This document shows positions 1 through 9,731 of a stretch of DNA of 47,509 nt, one piece after another. The position numbers were made by a program, and so were the translations under genes. The notes beneath the pieces were generated by a model. The model ran no database searches. It was not told where the DNA came from and worked only from the letters and a program-made list of their open reading frames with translations. The number at the start of each line of letters is the position of its first letter. The stretch's first letter is position 1. Source of the DNA: Candidatus Eiseniibacteriota bacterium (GTDB lineage Bacteria > ARS69); the NCBI GenBank assembly GCA_052390515.1, contig JBQTGV010000124.1, positions 1-47,509 of the forward strand, in the 5' to 3' direction.

Positions 1-842
1 TCCTCGACGACGGCGGTCGGATCGGGCGCGGGCTCCGGGACGAAGTCGGCTTCGGCATGCTGGCCGGTGACCACGAAGACCTCCTCGAGGGATCCGAAGT
101 CCACCGACGCGTCGACCTTCGCCCGGAGCGTGCCGTCGGCCTCGTCGATCTCCAGCTCGACCACCCGGCCCAGCGGGACACCGCGGGGGAAGACACCGCC
201 GAGGCCGGAGGACACGATCTCGTCGCCGACCTCGATCTCGATGCGGAGCGGAAGGAACGCGAGGTGCAGCCCGTGATCGGGAGTCCAGTCGAGGATCCCC
301 TCGACGCGCGTGTCCTGCACGCGCGCGCTCACGCTGCACTGCGGCCCGTTGATTGGCCGGACGTACGCGGAGCCTCGCTCCACCTCCGACACGCGGCCCA
401 CCAGCCCTTCCGGCGTGACGACGGCGAGGTTCCTCTCGATGCCGTCCACCGACCCGCGGTCGATCTTGAACTCGCGACCGGCCCGGTCGGCCTCGAATCC
501 GATGATGCGCGCGGACAGCAGGTCGAAGCGGCTCGTCTCGCGGAACGCGAGCATTCTCTCCAGGCGCTCCGCGGCGAGAGCCCGCTCTCCGAGCGCGGCC
601 ACGTCCAGCCGCACGCGGGCGAGGCGGGCGCGCAGCGAATCGTTCTCCGCGCGAAGCCCGCGCACGTCGCTCACGCCGGTCAGCGTCGTCTGCACCGGCG
701 TCAGCGCGGCGTCGTGGAGCGCCCGCGCGACCGACATCTTGCCTCCGGTGGAGAAGAGCATGAGCGCGATGGACACGATGGCGACGAGCAGCAACACGAA
801 GTACTCGCCCCGACGGGACAGAATGTCGGTCAGTGCGGGCAC
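1..842 (-). CDS. mreC: Rod shape-determining protein MreC (3' end runs off window)
   Basis: Not in ORF track; hand-translated from GTG 842: N-terminal TM, coiled coil (LRAENDSLRARL), IDRGSVDGI..NLAVVTPEGLVGRV, GDEIVSSGLGGVFPRGVPLGRV; directly follows mreB. Confidence 0.93.
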   Translation of the reverse strand, partial: MPALTDILSRRGEYFVLLLVAIVSIALMLFSTGGKMSVARALHDAALTPVQTTLTGVSDVRGLRAENDSLRARLARVRLDVAALGERALAAERLERMLAFRETSRFDLLSARIIGFEADRAGREFKIDRGSVDGIERNLAVVTPEGLVGRVSEVERGSAYVRPINGPQCSVSARVQDTRVEGILDWTPDHGLHLAFLPLRIEIEVGDEIVSSGLGGVFPRGVPLGRVVELEIDEADGTLRAKVDASVDFGSLEEVFVVTGQHAEADFVPEPAPDPTAVVE

Positions 843-845
843 GGC

Positions 846-1886
846 CTACCTGCGGTCGCGAGGCAGGAGAACTTTCTCGTAGCGCTCCAGATTCTCCAGG
901 ATCTTCCCGGCGCCGAGCACGACGCAGGTCAGCGGGTCCTCGACCACGTGAATGGGGAGGTTGGTGCGCTCGCGCAGGTAGATGTCCAGCCCCTTGAGCA
1001 GCGCTCCCCCGCCGGTCATGACGATGCCGCGGTCGACGATGTCCGCGGCGAGCTCCGGCGGCGTCTCCTCCAGAGTCTGCTTCACTCCGGCGATGATCTC
1101 GTCCACGCAGTCGCGGAGGGCGTCCTGGATCTCGCGCGTGGTCACGATCACCGTCTTGGGGATCCCTTCCACCAGGTCACGCCCCTTCACTTCCAGCTCC
1201 TGCTCGGGCAGGCCGTCGGAGTGCGCCGACCCGATGGCGATCTTGATGGACTCGGCGGCGGTCTCGCCGATCAGCATGTTGTGCTTCTTCTTGATGCTGT
1301 GGATCACCGCCTCGTTCATCTCGTCGCCGCCGACCTTGAGCGAGGTCCGCGCCACCATCCCGGAGAGCGCAATCACGGCGATGTCCGTCGTGCCGCCTCC
1401 GATGTCGATCACCATGTTGCCGGCGGGCTTCTCGACGGGAAGTCCGACGCCGATGGCCGCGGCCATCGGTTCGGTGACGATGAAGACCTCCCGGACGCCG
1501 GCGTTCTCGGCGGAGTCCCGCAGGGCGCGCTCGTTCGACTCGCTGATCTCCGACGGCACGGCGATGACCGCGCGCGGGCGGACGAACGCCTTTCGCCCCT
1601 GGGCACGGATGATGAACGTGCGCAGCATCTCCTCGGCGACGCCCACCTTCTCGATGACGCCGTCCCGCAGCGGGCGGATCACCACGATGTTCTCGGGCGC
1701 GCGGCCCAGCATCGCCTTCGCTTCCACGCCGACCGCGATGGCACGATCCGAGCCGCGCTCCACCGCGACGACGCTCGGCTCGTTCAGGACGATGCCTCGA
1801 CCCTTGATGTAGACCAGGGAGTTGGCCGTCCCCAGGTCGATGGCCATGTCGTTGGAGAGGAGGCTCCAGATCCCCGTGAAACCCAT
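846..1886 (-). CDS. mreB: Rod shape-determining actin homolog MreB
   Basis: DMAIDLGTANSLVY, EPSVVA, EPMAAAIG, DIGGGTTD, GGGALLKG motifs. Confidence 0.98.
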   Translation of the reverse strand: MGFTGIWSLLSNDMAIDLGTANSLVYIKGRGIVLNEPSVVAVERGSDRAIAVGVEAKAMLGRAPENIVVIRPLRDGVIEKVGVAEEMLRTFIIRAQGRKAFVRPRAVIAVPSEISESNERALRDSAENAGVREVFIVTEPMAAAIGVGLPVEKPAGNMVIDIGGGTTDIAVIALSGMVARTSLKVGGDEMNEAVIHSIKKKHNMLIGETAAESIKIAIGSAHSDGLPEQELEVKGRDLVEGIPKTVIVTTREIQDALRDCVDEIIAGVKQTLEETPPELAADIVDRGIVMTGGGALLKGLDIYLRERTNLPIHVVEDPLTCVVLGAGKILENLERYEKVLLPRDRR

Positions 1887-2017
1887 CGTCCCGTCCCCGG
1901 CGGTGCGTGAAGAGGAGCCAGAATCGTCGGATTCCGGCGAATGCGCGAACAGTCTAGTTCCCTATCGGCAAGGCGACCAGGGGAATGAACGTCTCCCGAC
2001 CGGGGCGGGCATGGCCC

Positions 2018-2026
2018 TGCTATGCT
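2018..2026 (+). promoter_or_regulatory. Putative extended -10 promoter (TGcTATGCT)
   Basis: TGnTAnnnT just upstream of GGAGG RBS (2036-2040) and GTG 2047. Confidence 0.45.
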
Positions 2027-2046
2027 GCGCCCTTCGGAGGGTGCCG

Positions 2047-3174
2047 GTGTCGCGCTTCCGCCAAGCCGCCCGATTCGTTCCGCCGCTCGCCGCGTTGCTC
2101 GGCGCGGCCGGAGCCACCCCCGCGGCGACGTTCCGCTTCCCGGACGACGCCGCCACGATCCAGGCCGCCATCGACCTCGCTCAGCCGGGCGACACCGTGG
2201 TGGTGGCCTGCGGAACCTGGAACGAGCGCAACATCGTGCTGGCCTCCGGGGTCCGACTCCTCGGCGATGCCGGCGGGCCGGATTGCGTCGCCATCGACGG
2301 CCGGGGGCTCGGCCGCATCCTGGTGGTCAACGGGACGGACGCGTCCACCGAGGTCCGGGGGATCACCTTCCGGAACGGCTTCACCACGAGCCACGGGGCG
2401 GGGATCTACGGGTCGAACGCCCATCTGACCGTGGCCGACTGCCGGTTCGAGGCGAACGTCTCCGGGAACTGGGGCGGCGGGATCGCGCTCCAAGGCACCT
2501 CCTCCCCGGTGATCGACCGCTGCGTGTTCGCCGGCAACGCGGCGCTCTATGGCGGAGGCATCTACTGCGAGCTCGGCTCCCCCCGGGTGAGCCGCTGCCG
2601 GTTCGAGGCGAACACCGCGACGCACGGGGGCGGAGGGATGCAGGCCTGGTATCCCGCCTCCGCGCCGACGGTCGAGGGGTGCGTGTTCGCCGGGAACCGG
2701 GCCATCCAGTTCACGGGAGGAGGATTCGCCGTGCAGTACGGGGATGCATCTCTCGCCGGGTGCACCTTCTGGGACAACGATGCCCAACTCGGGGGCACGG
2801 CCATGCACGCGGGGGCGAGCGGCGCCTCCCTGGTCGTGGACCGCTGCATCGTCGCGGGACATGGGGGGCCGGCCTTCCCGGTGAGCTGCACGGTCGGCTC
2901 CACGGTCGTCGCCACGTGCACGGACGTCTTCGGGAATGCCGGCGGCGACTGGGCCGGCTGCCTCGTCGGTCAGGAGAACACCGCAGGCAACTTCACCTCC
3001 GATCCGCTCTTCTGCGATGCGGCGGGCCTGGACTTCACGTTGATGGAGAGCTCGCCCTGCGCCCCGGCGGGGACGGCGTGCGGGCTGGTCGGCGCGGAGG
3101 GCGTGGGGTGCGCCCCGACGGCGCTCGCTCCGGCGACGTGGGGAGCCGTCAAGGCGATGTATCGCCCCCGCTGA
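2047..3174 (+). CDS. Secreted right-handed parallel beta-helix (pectin lyase-like/Pmp-like) protein with C-terminal TWGAVKAMYR tail
   Basis: Signal peptide, TIQAAID..GDTVVV..G, repeated F..N.A..GGGI, FTSDPLFC; start chosen by GGAGG RBS (ORF track start 1822 overlaps mreB). Confidence 0.85.
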   Translation: MSRFRQAARFVPPLAALLGAAGATPAATFRFPDDAATIQAAIDLAQPGDTVVVACGTWNERNIVLASGVRLLGDAGGPDCVAIDGRGLGRILVVNGTDASTEVRGITFRNGFTTSHGAGIYGSNAHLTVADCRFEANVSGNWGGGIALQGTSSPVIDRCVFAGNAALYGGGIYCELGSPRVSRCRFEANTATHGGGGMQAWYPASAPTVEGCVFAGNRAIQFTGGGFAVQYGDASLAGCTFWDNDAQLGGTAMHAGASGASLVVDRCIVAGHGGPAFPVSCTVGSTVVATCTDVFGNAGGDWAGCLVGQENTAGNFTSDPLFCDAAGLDFTLMESSPCAPAGTACGLVGAEGVGCAPTALAPATWGAVKAMYRPR

Positions 3175-3191
3175 GGTTCCGTCTCGGAACA

Positions 3192-3355
3192 CTGGTGTCG
3201 CGTCTCGAAAGAAATGTTCAGATGACCTCGCTTACGCTCGCTCGGCGTCCGTGCCTCGCTCGCTTCGTTGCCGCCGGCCTCCGCCGTCCATGGCTCCGGA
3301 CACGGCGGCTACGACGCTCAGCCATCTGAACATTTCTTTCGAGACGCGACACTAG
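3192..3355. mobile_element. MITE/REP-like non-autonomous element, copy 1 (30-bp perfect terminal inverted repeats)
   Basis: GTGTCGCGTCTCGAAAGAAATGTTCAGATG (3195-3224) is the exact reverse complement of 3323-3352; bounded by CTGG/CTAG; homologous copy at 31273-31410. Confidence 0.75.
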
Positions 3356-3381
3356 AGACGCGAACGGCTCGGCGGGACGAC

Positions 3382-4782
3382 TCAGCGCGGACTCGCCGTC
3401 CCCTCCCGCGGCTTCGCCTCCAGTCCTTCCTTGGACGGCGCGCGCTTCCACTTCACCGGGTAATCCCCGGTGAAGCAGGCCCGGCAGGCACCCGAATCCG
3501 CGCCGCGGACCGCCTCGAGCATTCCCTCGAGGGAGAGATAGCCGATCGAGTCGACGCCGATGAACTCGCGGATCTGCTCGACGCTTCGCCCGTGCGCCAC
3601 GAGTTCCTGGTAGGTGGGCATGTCGATGCCGTAGTAGCACGGGTGCGCGATCGGCGGAGAGCTCACACGGAAGTGGATCTGCTTCGCGCCGGCGCCGCGA
3701 ATCATGCGCACGAGGCTCCGGCTGGTCGTGCCACGCACGATGGAGTCGTCGACGACGACGACCCGCTTGCCCTGCACCGCCTCCCGCACCGCGTTGAACT
3801 TGAGGCGGACGCCCAGATCGCGGAGGGACTGCGTCGGGCTGATGAACGTGCGGCCGACGTAGTGGTTGCGGATGAGGCCGTGCTCGAGCGGGATGCCCGA
3901 CTCCCGCGAGTAGCCGAGCGCGGCGGCGTTCGACGAGTCCGGCACCGACATCACCACGTCGGCGTCGGCGGGATGCTCGCGGGCGAGCGCGCGGCCCAGC
4001 TCCACCCGCACCGGGCCGACGCCGTTCCCGAACGCGCGCGAGTCCGGCCTGGCGAAGTAGACGTGCTCGAAGATGCACTCCGCGCGCGGAGCCTCCGCCC
4101 CGAAGCGCCGGCTCTCCACACCCGACTCGGTCACGATCACCATCTCGCCGGGGTCGATCTCCCGGATCCAGCGCGCATCGAGGATGTCCAGGGCGCAGCT
4201 CTCCGAGGCGAGGATCCACGCTCCGCTCAGCTGCCCCAGGCAGAGAGGACGGAAGCCGTGCGGATCCCGCACGCCGATCATCCGCGAGGGCGAGAGACTC
4301 ACCAGCGAGTAGGCGCCGCGCACGCGGGAGAGCGCCTGCACGAGCCGCCCCTCCAGGTCGTCGGTCCGTGCGCGCGCCAGCAGGTGCACGATCACCTCGG
4401 AGTCCACCGTCGACTGGAAGATGGACCCGAGGTGCTCGCACTCCTCGCGGACCTCTTTCGCGTTCACCAGGTTGCCGTTGTGCGCCAGGGCGATGCTCCC
4501 GTCGCGGTACGAGGCGAGAATGGGCTGCAGGTTCGCGTCGTGGTCCGAGCCCGTCGTGGAATACCGGTTGTGGCCGATCGCGGCGCGCCCGGGCAGGTCG
4601 GCCAGGGCCTCCCGCGAGTACACCTCGGAGACGAGTCCTCGGCCACGGCGAACGAACAGGCGCTCTCCGTCGGTCGAGCAGATCCCGGTGCCCTCCTGGC
4701 CGCGATGCTGCAGCGCGTGCAGCGCGAGGTACGTCAGCCAGGAAGCTTCCTCGTGCCCGAAGACGCCGACGATCCCGCACAT
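3382..4782 (-). CDS. purF: Amidophosphoribosyltransferase
   Basis: MCGIVG N-terminus, LQHRGQE, GHNRYST, VDDSIVRGTT, CYYGID. Confidence 0.98.
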   Translation of the reverse strand: MCGIVGVFGHEEASWLTYLALHALQHRGQEGTGICSTDGERLFVRRGRGLVSEVYSREALADLPGRAAIGHNRYSTTGSDHDANLQPILASYRDGSIALAHNGNLVNAKEVREECEHLGSIFQSTVDSEVIVHLLARARTDDLEGRLVQALSRVRGAYSLVSLSPSRMIGVRDPHGFRPLCLGQLSGAWILASESCALDILDARWIREIDPGEMVIVTESGVESRRFGAEAPRAECIFEHVYFARPDSRAFGNGVGPVRVELGRALAREHPADADVVMSVPDSSNAAALGYSRESGIPLEHGLIRNHYVGRTFISPTQSLRDLGVRLKFNAVREAVQGKRVVVVDDSIVRGTTSRSLVRMIRGAGAKQIHFRVSSPPIAHPCYYGIDMPTYQELVAHGRSVEQIREFIGVDSIGYLSLEGMLEAVRGADSGACRACFTGDYPVKWKRAPSKEGLEAKPREGTASPR

Positions 4783-4783
4783 G

Positions 4784-5290
4784 TCAGGCTCCCCCGCTCG
4801 TCACGCGGACCTCGGCCGTCTGGGCGTGCGCGTTGACCAGGATCCCCGCACCCCGGTCGCCGCCGGTGAGGATCCGTCCGGCGTGCTCGGCGGCCGCCCG
4901 ATCCGTCGTCTCCAGGTCCACGGTCCATTGCGCCGCGCGCTCCACGCCCCGCACCTCGCGGAGGCCGAGCCGCTCGCGGACGGCGCGAAGCACCTGCCGG
5001 CCCTTCGCGTCGACCCGATCATGCACGCGCACCACGATGCGGGAGCCGGCGGAGGGCGCCGCGGCGGACGCCTCCAGGGACCAGCGGTGCACGTTCGGGT
5101 TCACCACCAGCGTCGTCTCCTCCAGCACCCGGCGTACGCGGTCCGTGGCGGAGTCTCCTTCCACGTCGAAGGTCCAGACCTCAGCGCGCTCCACCGCGCG
5201 TACGCCGCCGATCGAGGCGCGCACCAGACTCTCGGCGGAGTCCCGCACCAGATCCTGCGTCTTGCGCCGCACCAGGGCTTCCACCCTCAC
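4784..5290 (-). CDS. purS: PurS-like FGAM synthase subunit, tandem two-domain form
   Basis: Sits between purQ and purF; two ~80-aa PurS-like repeats ending in LVVNPNVH and ILVNAHAQ. Confidence 0.7.
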   Translation of the reverse strand: MRVEALVRRKTQDLVRDSAESLVRASIGGVRAVERAEVWTFDVEGDSATDRVRRVLEETTLVVNPNVHRWSLEASAAAPSAGSRIVVRVHDRVDAKGRQVLRAVRERLGLREVRGVERAAQWTVDLETTDRAAAEHAGRILTGGDRGAGILVNAHAQTAEVRVTSGGA

Positions 5291-6069
5291 GCCGCCGCCC
5301 TCCGCAGCATACCCGCGAACTTCTCGAAGAACACGCGCCCCGGGCCGGGTGCATCCCGCCAGCCGCGGTCCATTCTCCGCTTCGCCTCGCCGAAGCGGCC
5401 GCCGACCTCCGGCGGCACCTGCCCTACCCAGTTGGCCCGCTCGGGGTGCGGCATGATGGCCACCACGTTCCCGGACGCGCTGCGCAGGGCCGCGGCGTTG
5501 TCCCAGGCGCCGTTCGGGTTCACCGGCCAGCTGTGGACCACCTGGCCTGTGGCGTCACAGTACCGCGCCGCGACGAGGCCGCGCTCCAGGATCTCGCGCT
5601 TCACGGACTCGTCGCCCGTGACGAACCGTCCCTCCGCGTGGGCGAAAGGCAGCGGCACCGGTTCCTCGAAGAGATCGCCCGTGACCCAGCGCCAGTCGCA
5701 GTAGTAGCCGACGCGCTTCCCGGAGTCGTTCAGCGCGAGCGCCATCTCCACCTTGCCCGGACGGATGCCCGGAACGAGCCCGGCCTCGAGCAGGATCTGC
5801 GCTCCGTTGCAGATGCCTGCAACCGGCTTGCCCGACTCCGCCTCGCGGATCACCGTCTCGACCGCCGGATGCCACGCGGCGACGACCCCGGCGCGGATGC
5901 GGTCCTCGTAGGAGAACCCGCCGGGCAGCACGTAGCCGTCGTGGCGCACCAGCCGGTCCCGTGGCTCGTTGGCGCGCACGATCTCGGCGTCGGCGCCGAC
6001 GGAGGCGAGGGCGCGCAGCGTCTCGCTCTCGCAGTTCATCCCGGGGAAGAGCAGCACCGCGACGCTCAT
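5287..6069 (-). CDS. purQ: Phosphoribosylformylglycinamidine synthase glutaminase subunit
   Basis: FPGMNCE, LPGGFSYED, GICNG, HAEG, NPNG, MPHPER. Confidence 0.96.
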   Translation of the reverse strand: MSVAVLLFPGMNCESETLRALASVGADAEIVRANEPRDRLVRHDGYVLPGGFSYEDRIRAGVVAAWHPAVETVIREAESGKPVAGICNGAQILLEAGLVPGIRPGKVEMALALNDSGKRVGYYCDWRWVTGDLFEEPVPLPFAHAEGRFVTGDESVKREILERGLVAARYCDATGQVVHSWPVNPNGAWDNAAALRSASGNVVAIMPHPERANWVGQVPPEVGGRFGEAKRRMDRGWRDAPGPGRVFFEKFAGMLRRAAA

Positions 6070-6079
6070 CGCCTCTCCC

Positions 6080-8428
6080 TCACTCCAGCACCTTCGCGAA
6101 GGACCGGCCCCACGCCTCCTCCAGCTCGTCGGCTTCGAGGATCAGCTCGCTGTCGCCGCGGAGGCGAAGCCCGCGCGCCGTGACCACCGCCGCGAGATCC
6201 ACGTGCGGCACGCCGGCGAACGCGGCCACGTCGCTCGGAGCCACTTCCACGAGATAGGCTCCGGTCTCGGAGAAGAGCTTCTCGAAGTCGTTCGCCCCGG
6301 GAAGCCGGCGCAGGTCCACGTCGAGCCCGAGGTCCACCCGGGAGGCTCCGCCGAGCATCATCTCGGCCAATGCGGCAAGCAGGCCGCCGGTAGAGACGTC
6401 GTGACAGGCCCTGACCTTGCCGGCCTCGATGAGCCGGAGCACGGCGCGGGCGCACATCCGCTCGGTGGCGAAGTTCGCGGTCGGCACCGACCCGCGATCC
6501 CCCTGCCCGAGGATCCGCGCCGCCTCCGAACCGCCGAGCTCCGCGCGTCGCTCGCCGACGAGCACGACGCGGTCGCCGGCTCGGTCCAGCTTGAGTCCCG
6601 TCGCCTTGGACGAGTCCGGCAGGACGCCGAGCCCGCACACGATGGGCGAAGGCGGCACGGCGCGTCCGGCGGACGACTCGTTGTACAGGCTCACGTTGCC
6701 GCTGATGAAGGGAAGCGGCACTTCGTCGTCGAGCTCCAGCGTGCCGATTCCGCGGGCCGCGTCGGCGAGCCCCTGCACCGACGCCTCGAGATCCCGGTAC
6801 ACCTCCGGGCGCGTCGGATCCCCGAAGTTGAGGCAGTCGGTGAGCGCCCGCGGCCAGGCGCCGGTCGAGACGAGATTCCGCACCGCCTCCACCACGGCGT
6901 TGGCGGCGCCCCAGTACGGATCGAGCTCGCCCCAGCGCGGGTTCCCGTCCACCGTCAGCGCGACGGCGAAGGGCGCGTCCTCGACGGGGCGCGCCACGCC
7001 CGCGTCCGCCTCCCCCGGGCGGAACCAGGTCCGCCCCTGCACTTCCTGGTCGTAGTGGGAGAAGAGCTCCCGCTTGGAGGCGACGTTGGGCGAGGCGAGC
7101 ACGCGCAGCGCGAGCGAGCGCAGATCGCCGATGAGCTCCACCGGACGCGTCGCCCCGCGGCCGCGAGGAGGTGCCGCCGTGCGCACCGCGATCACGCCGG
7201 CGGTGACGTCCGCGGTGCGCGCTTCGCCCACGACCTCGCCGCGGAAGCGCACACGGAACACCGGCTCGTCCGCGAGGAATCTCCCGATCACCGAGGCCCT
7301 CGCGCCGCGGCTCACGGCGGAGAGCTCGTGTCGCTCGTTGTAGATCGACAGCAGCTCTGCCGTGAACGTGGCCGGAACGGCCCAGCCGAAGCGCTCCTGC
7401 GTCTCGGCGCAGGCGATCACCTCCGGCGGCAGACCGTCTTCCAACACGTGCACGCGGTCCAGGTCCACCTCGACGCCGACGCCGCCGGCGTGCGCGATCT
7501 CCGAGGCCACGCAGGCGATCCCGCCCGCGCCGAGGTCCTTGAACCCGACCGGGATGCCGCGCGCCGCGGCCACCTCCAGCGCCTCGAGCGTCGCGTTGCG
7601 CAGAACCCGCTTCAGGAAGGGGTCCGGCACCTGCACGGAGCTGCGCCGGTCCTCGCCCGCGTCGAGGATCCGGGAGGCCATCGCCGCGCCGCCGAAGCCG
7701 GACGCGTCCGTCCCCTTGCCGACCAGCACCAGGTCGTACGGTTCGCGCTTCGCCGCTCCCGGGACGGCGCTGTGCACGAGTCGATCCGCGCGCAGGATTC
7801 CCGCCGCGACGACGTTCACGAGGCAGTTGTCGTCGTAGCCGGGGTGGAAGCACGTGTCGCCGCCGAGGTTGGGGATGCCGAGCGGATTCGCGTAGCCGGC
7901 GATGCCGTCGACCACACCGAGCATGATCTCCCGGCAGCGCTCGGCGTTCGGGCCCTCGAGATCGCCGAAGCGCAGCGGGTCCAGCACGGCGAAGACGTCC
8001 GCGCCCATGCAGTACACGTCGCGGACGATGCCGCCGATGCCGGTCGCAGCGCCTTCATAGGGGACGATCTGGCTGGGGTGATTGTGGCTCTCGTGACCCA
8101 GCGCCACCGCCCAGGTCACGCCGGCGTGCCGCCCGACCTCCACGACGCCCGCGTCCTCCACCGGACCGAGCACCACGAACGGGCTCTCCGTGGGCAGGTA
8201 CTTCTTGAGCAGGGGGCGGCTGGACTTGTACGAGCAGTGCTCGGACCACATCGTGTTGAAGAGGTGCGCCTCGACGAGCGTGGGGTCCCGCCCCAGAAGC
8301 TCGGCGAGACGGCGGGCTTCGCCCTCGGTGAAGTCCAACCCGTGCTCGCGCACGGCGCGCGTCACCTCGTCGGCGCTTCCGCGGGCGAAGGGCAGCGCGC
8401 CGGCCGTGCTCGACGCGTCAACGGGCAC
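6080..8428 (-). CDS. purL: Phosphoribosylformylglycinamidine synthase subunit PurL (small type)
   Basis: MWSEHCSYKSS, ESHNHPS, GAATGIGGIVRD, DLGAGG, TDCLNFG, SGNVSLYN. Confidence 0.97.
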   Translation of the reverse strand: MPVDASSTAGALPFARGSADEVTRAVREHGLDFTEGEARRLAELLGRDPTLVEAHLFNTMWSEHCSYKSSRPLLKKYLPTESPFVVLGPVEDAGVVEVGRHAGVTWAVALGHESHNHPSQIVPYEGAATGIGGIVRDVYCMGADVFAVLDPLRFGDLEGPNAERCREIMLGVVDGIAGYANPLGIPNLGGDTCFHPGYDDNCLVNVVAAGILRADRLVHSAVPGAAKREPYDLVLVGKGTDASGFGGAAMASRILDAGEDRRSSVQVPDPFLKRVLRNATLEALEVAAARGIPVGFKDLGAGGIACVASEIAHAGGVGVEVDLDRVHVLEDGLPPEVIACAETQERFGWAVPATFTAELLSIYNERHELSAVSRGARASVIGRFLADEPVFRVRFRGEVVGEARTADVTAGVIAVRTAAPPRGRGATRPVELIGDLRSLALRVLASPNVASKRELFSHYDQEVQGRTWFRPGEADAGVARPVEDAPFAVALTVDGNPRWGELDPYWGAANAVVEAVRNLVSTGAWPRALTDCLNFGDPTRPEVYRDLEASVQGLADAARGIGTLELDDEVPLPFISGNVSLYNESSAGRAVPPSPIVCGLGVLPDSSKATGLKLDRAGDRVVLVGERRAELGGSEAARILGQGDRGSVPTANFATERMCARAVLRLIEAGKVRACHDVSTGGLLAALAEMMLGGASRVDLGLDVDLRRLPGANDFEKLFSETGAYLVEVAPSDVAAFAGVPHVDLAAVVTARGLRLRGDSELILEADELEEAWGRSFAKVLE

Positions 8429-9731
8429 GCGCCACCTCCAGGATGCCGATGCGCTCGAAGATGCGGTCCGCGTTGCGCAGCGCGCGAGCGAGCGAGAGCG
8501 CGGAGTCCACGCCGGCGGCGCCGAGAGTGCCGGAGATGTCCGGATCCGACATCGCCGCCTCGCGGAAGGAGATGCCTTCGTCCCACACGCGGGCCGCCGC
8601 CCGCTGGACGGAGCGGTACGCGTCCTCCCGCGTGCGGCCGGCGCGCACCAGATCGAGCAGCAGGTTCTGCGAGTACGGCAGCCCGCGCATGCGCTCCAGG
8701 TTCTCGCGCATGTTCTCGGGGTAGACGACGAGGTTGTCGACCAGCGCGGTCGTCTTCGCCAGCAGGTAGTCGAGCAGGATGCAACCGTCGGGCAGAACCA
8801 CGCGCTCCGCGGACGAGTGGCTGATGTCCCGCTCGTGCCACAGCGCGACGTTCTCGAGCGCCACGATCAGGTTGCCGCGCAGGACGCGCGCCAGCCCGCA
8901 GATGCGCTCCGAGAGCACCGGGTTGCGCTTGTGCGGCATCGATGAGGATCCGGTCTGCTTACGGCCGAACTGCTCCTGAACTTCGCGCACCTCGGTGCGG
9001 TGCAGGTGGCGCACCTCCAGGGCCAGCTTCTCCAGCGTGGCCCCCGTGACCGCCAGCGCGAAGGCGTACTCCGCGTGCCGATCACGCTGCAGCACCTGCG
9101 TGGAGATCTCCGCCGCGCGAAGGCCGAGGCGCCGGCACGCGCCCTCTTCCACCTCGGGATCCAGATGGGCGAAGGTCCCCACCGCGCCCGAGACCTTGCC
9201 GACGGAGATCGTCGCGACGGCGCGCTCCAGGCGCTCCCGATCCCGGCCGAGCTCCTTCCAGATCACGGCGAGCTTCAGCCCGAACGTCGTCGGCTCGGCG
9301 TGCACTCCGTGCGTGCGGCCGATCATCGGGGTCGCGCGGTGCTCGAGCGCGCGCCGGGCGAGCGCCTCCCGCAGCCGGTCGACCCCGTCGATGAGCTTCG
9401 CCCCGGCCTGCTTGAGCAGGATGGCCCAGGCCGTGTCCACCACGTCCGAGCTGGTGACGCCGAGGTGCACCCAGCGTGCCGGCTCGCCGGCCGTCTCCGA
9501 GACGTTGCGCAGGAACGCGACCACGTCGTGGTTCGTCTCCTGTTCGATCTCCGCGATCCGCACCGCGTCGACCCGGGCGTGCCGGCGAACGTGTGCCACG
9601 TCCGCCGCGGGCACCTGCCCCAGCTCGGCCATCGCCTCGAGGATGGCCAGCTCCACCTCGAGCCACGTCTCGAAGCGGTGCTGGTCGCCGAAGAGAGCGC
9701 CCATCTCGGGGCGCGTGTAGCGCTCGATCAT
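8418..9731 (-). CDS. purB: Adenylosuccinate lyase
   Basis: Starts MIERYTRPEM (ATG 9731, overlaps htrA stop); GRTHGVHAEP, GSSSMPHKRNP signature. Confidence 0.97.
   Translation of the reverse strand: MIERYTRPEMGALFGDQHRFETWLEVELAILEAMAELGQVPAADVAHVRRHARVDAVRIAEIEQETNHDVVAFLRNVSETAGEPARWVHLGVTSSDVVDTAWAILLKQAGAKLIDGVDRLREALARRALEHRATPMIGRTHGVHAEPTTFGLKLAVIWKELGRDRERLERAVATISVGKVSGAVGTFAHLDPEVEEGACRRLGLRAAEISTQVLQRDRHAEYAFALAVTGATLEKLALEVRHLHRTEVREVQEQFGRKQTGSSSMPHKRNPVLSERICGLARVLRGNLIVALENVALWHERDISHSSAERVVLPDGCILLDYLLAKTTALVDNLVVYPENMRENLERMRGLPYSQNLLLDLVRAGRTREDAYRSVQRAAARVWDEGISFREAAMSDPDISGTLGAAGVDSALSLARALRNADRIFERIGILEVARAR

Noticed and set aside
57-1910. 617-aa plus-strand ORF and many other long overlapping ORFs (e.g. 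5969-8824, 14252-16936, 16561-19182, 38129-40126)
   Set aside because: Antisense or alternate-frame shadows of clear genes; high GC suppresses stop codons; translations are R/G/A/P-rich with no motifs.
3218-3329. ORFs running through the two repeat copies (also 31178-31649)
   Set aside because: Their similarity comes from the non-coding repeat; no RBS or protein features.
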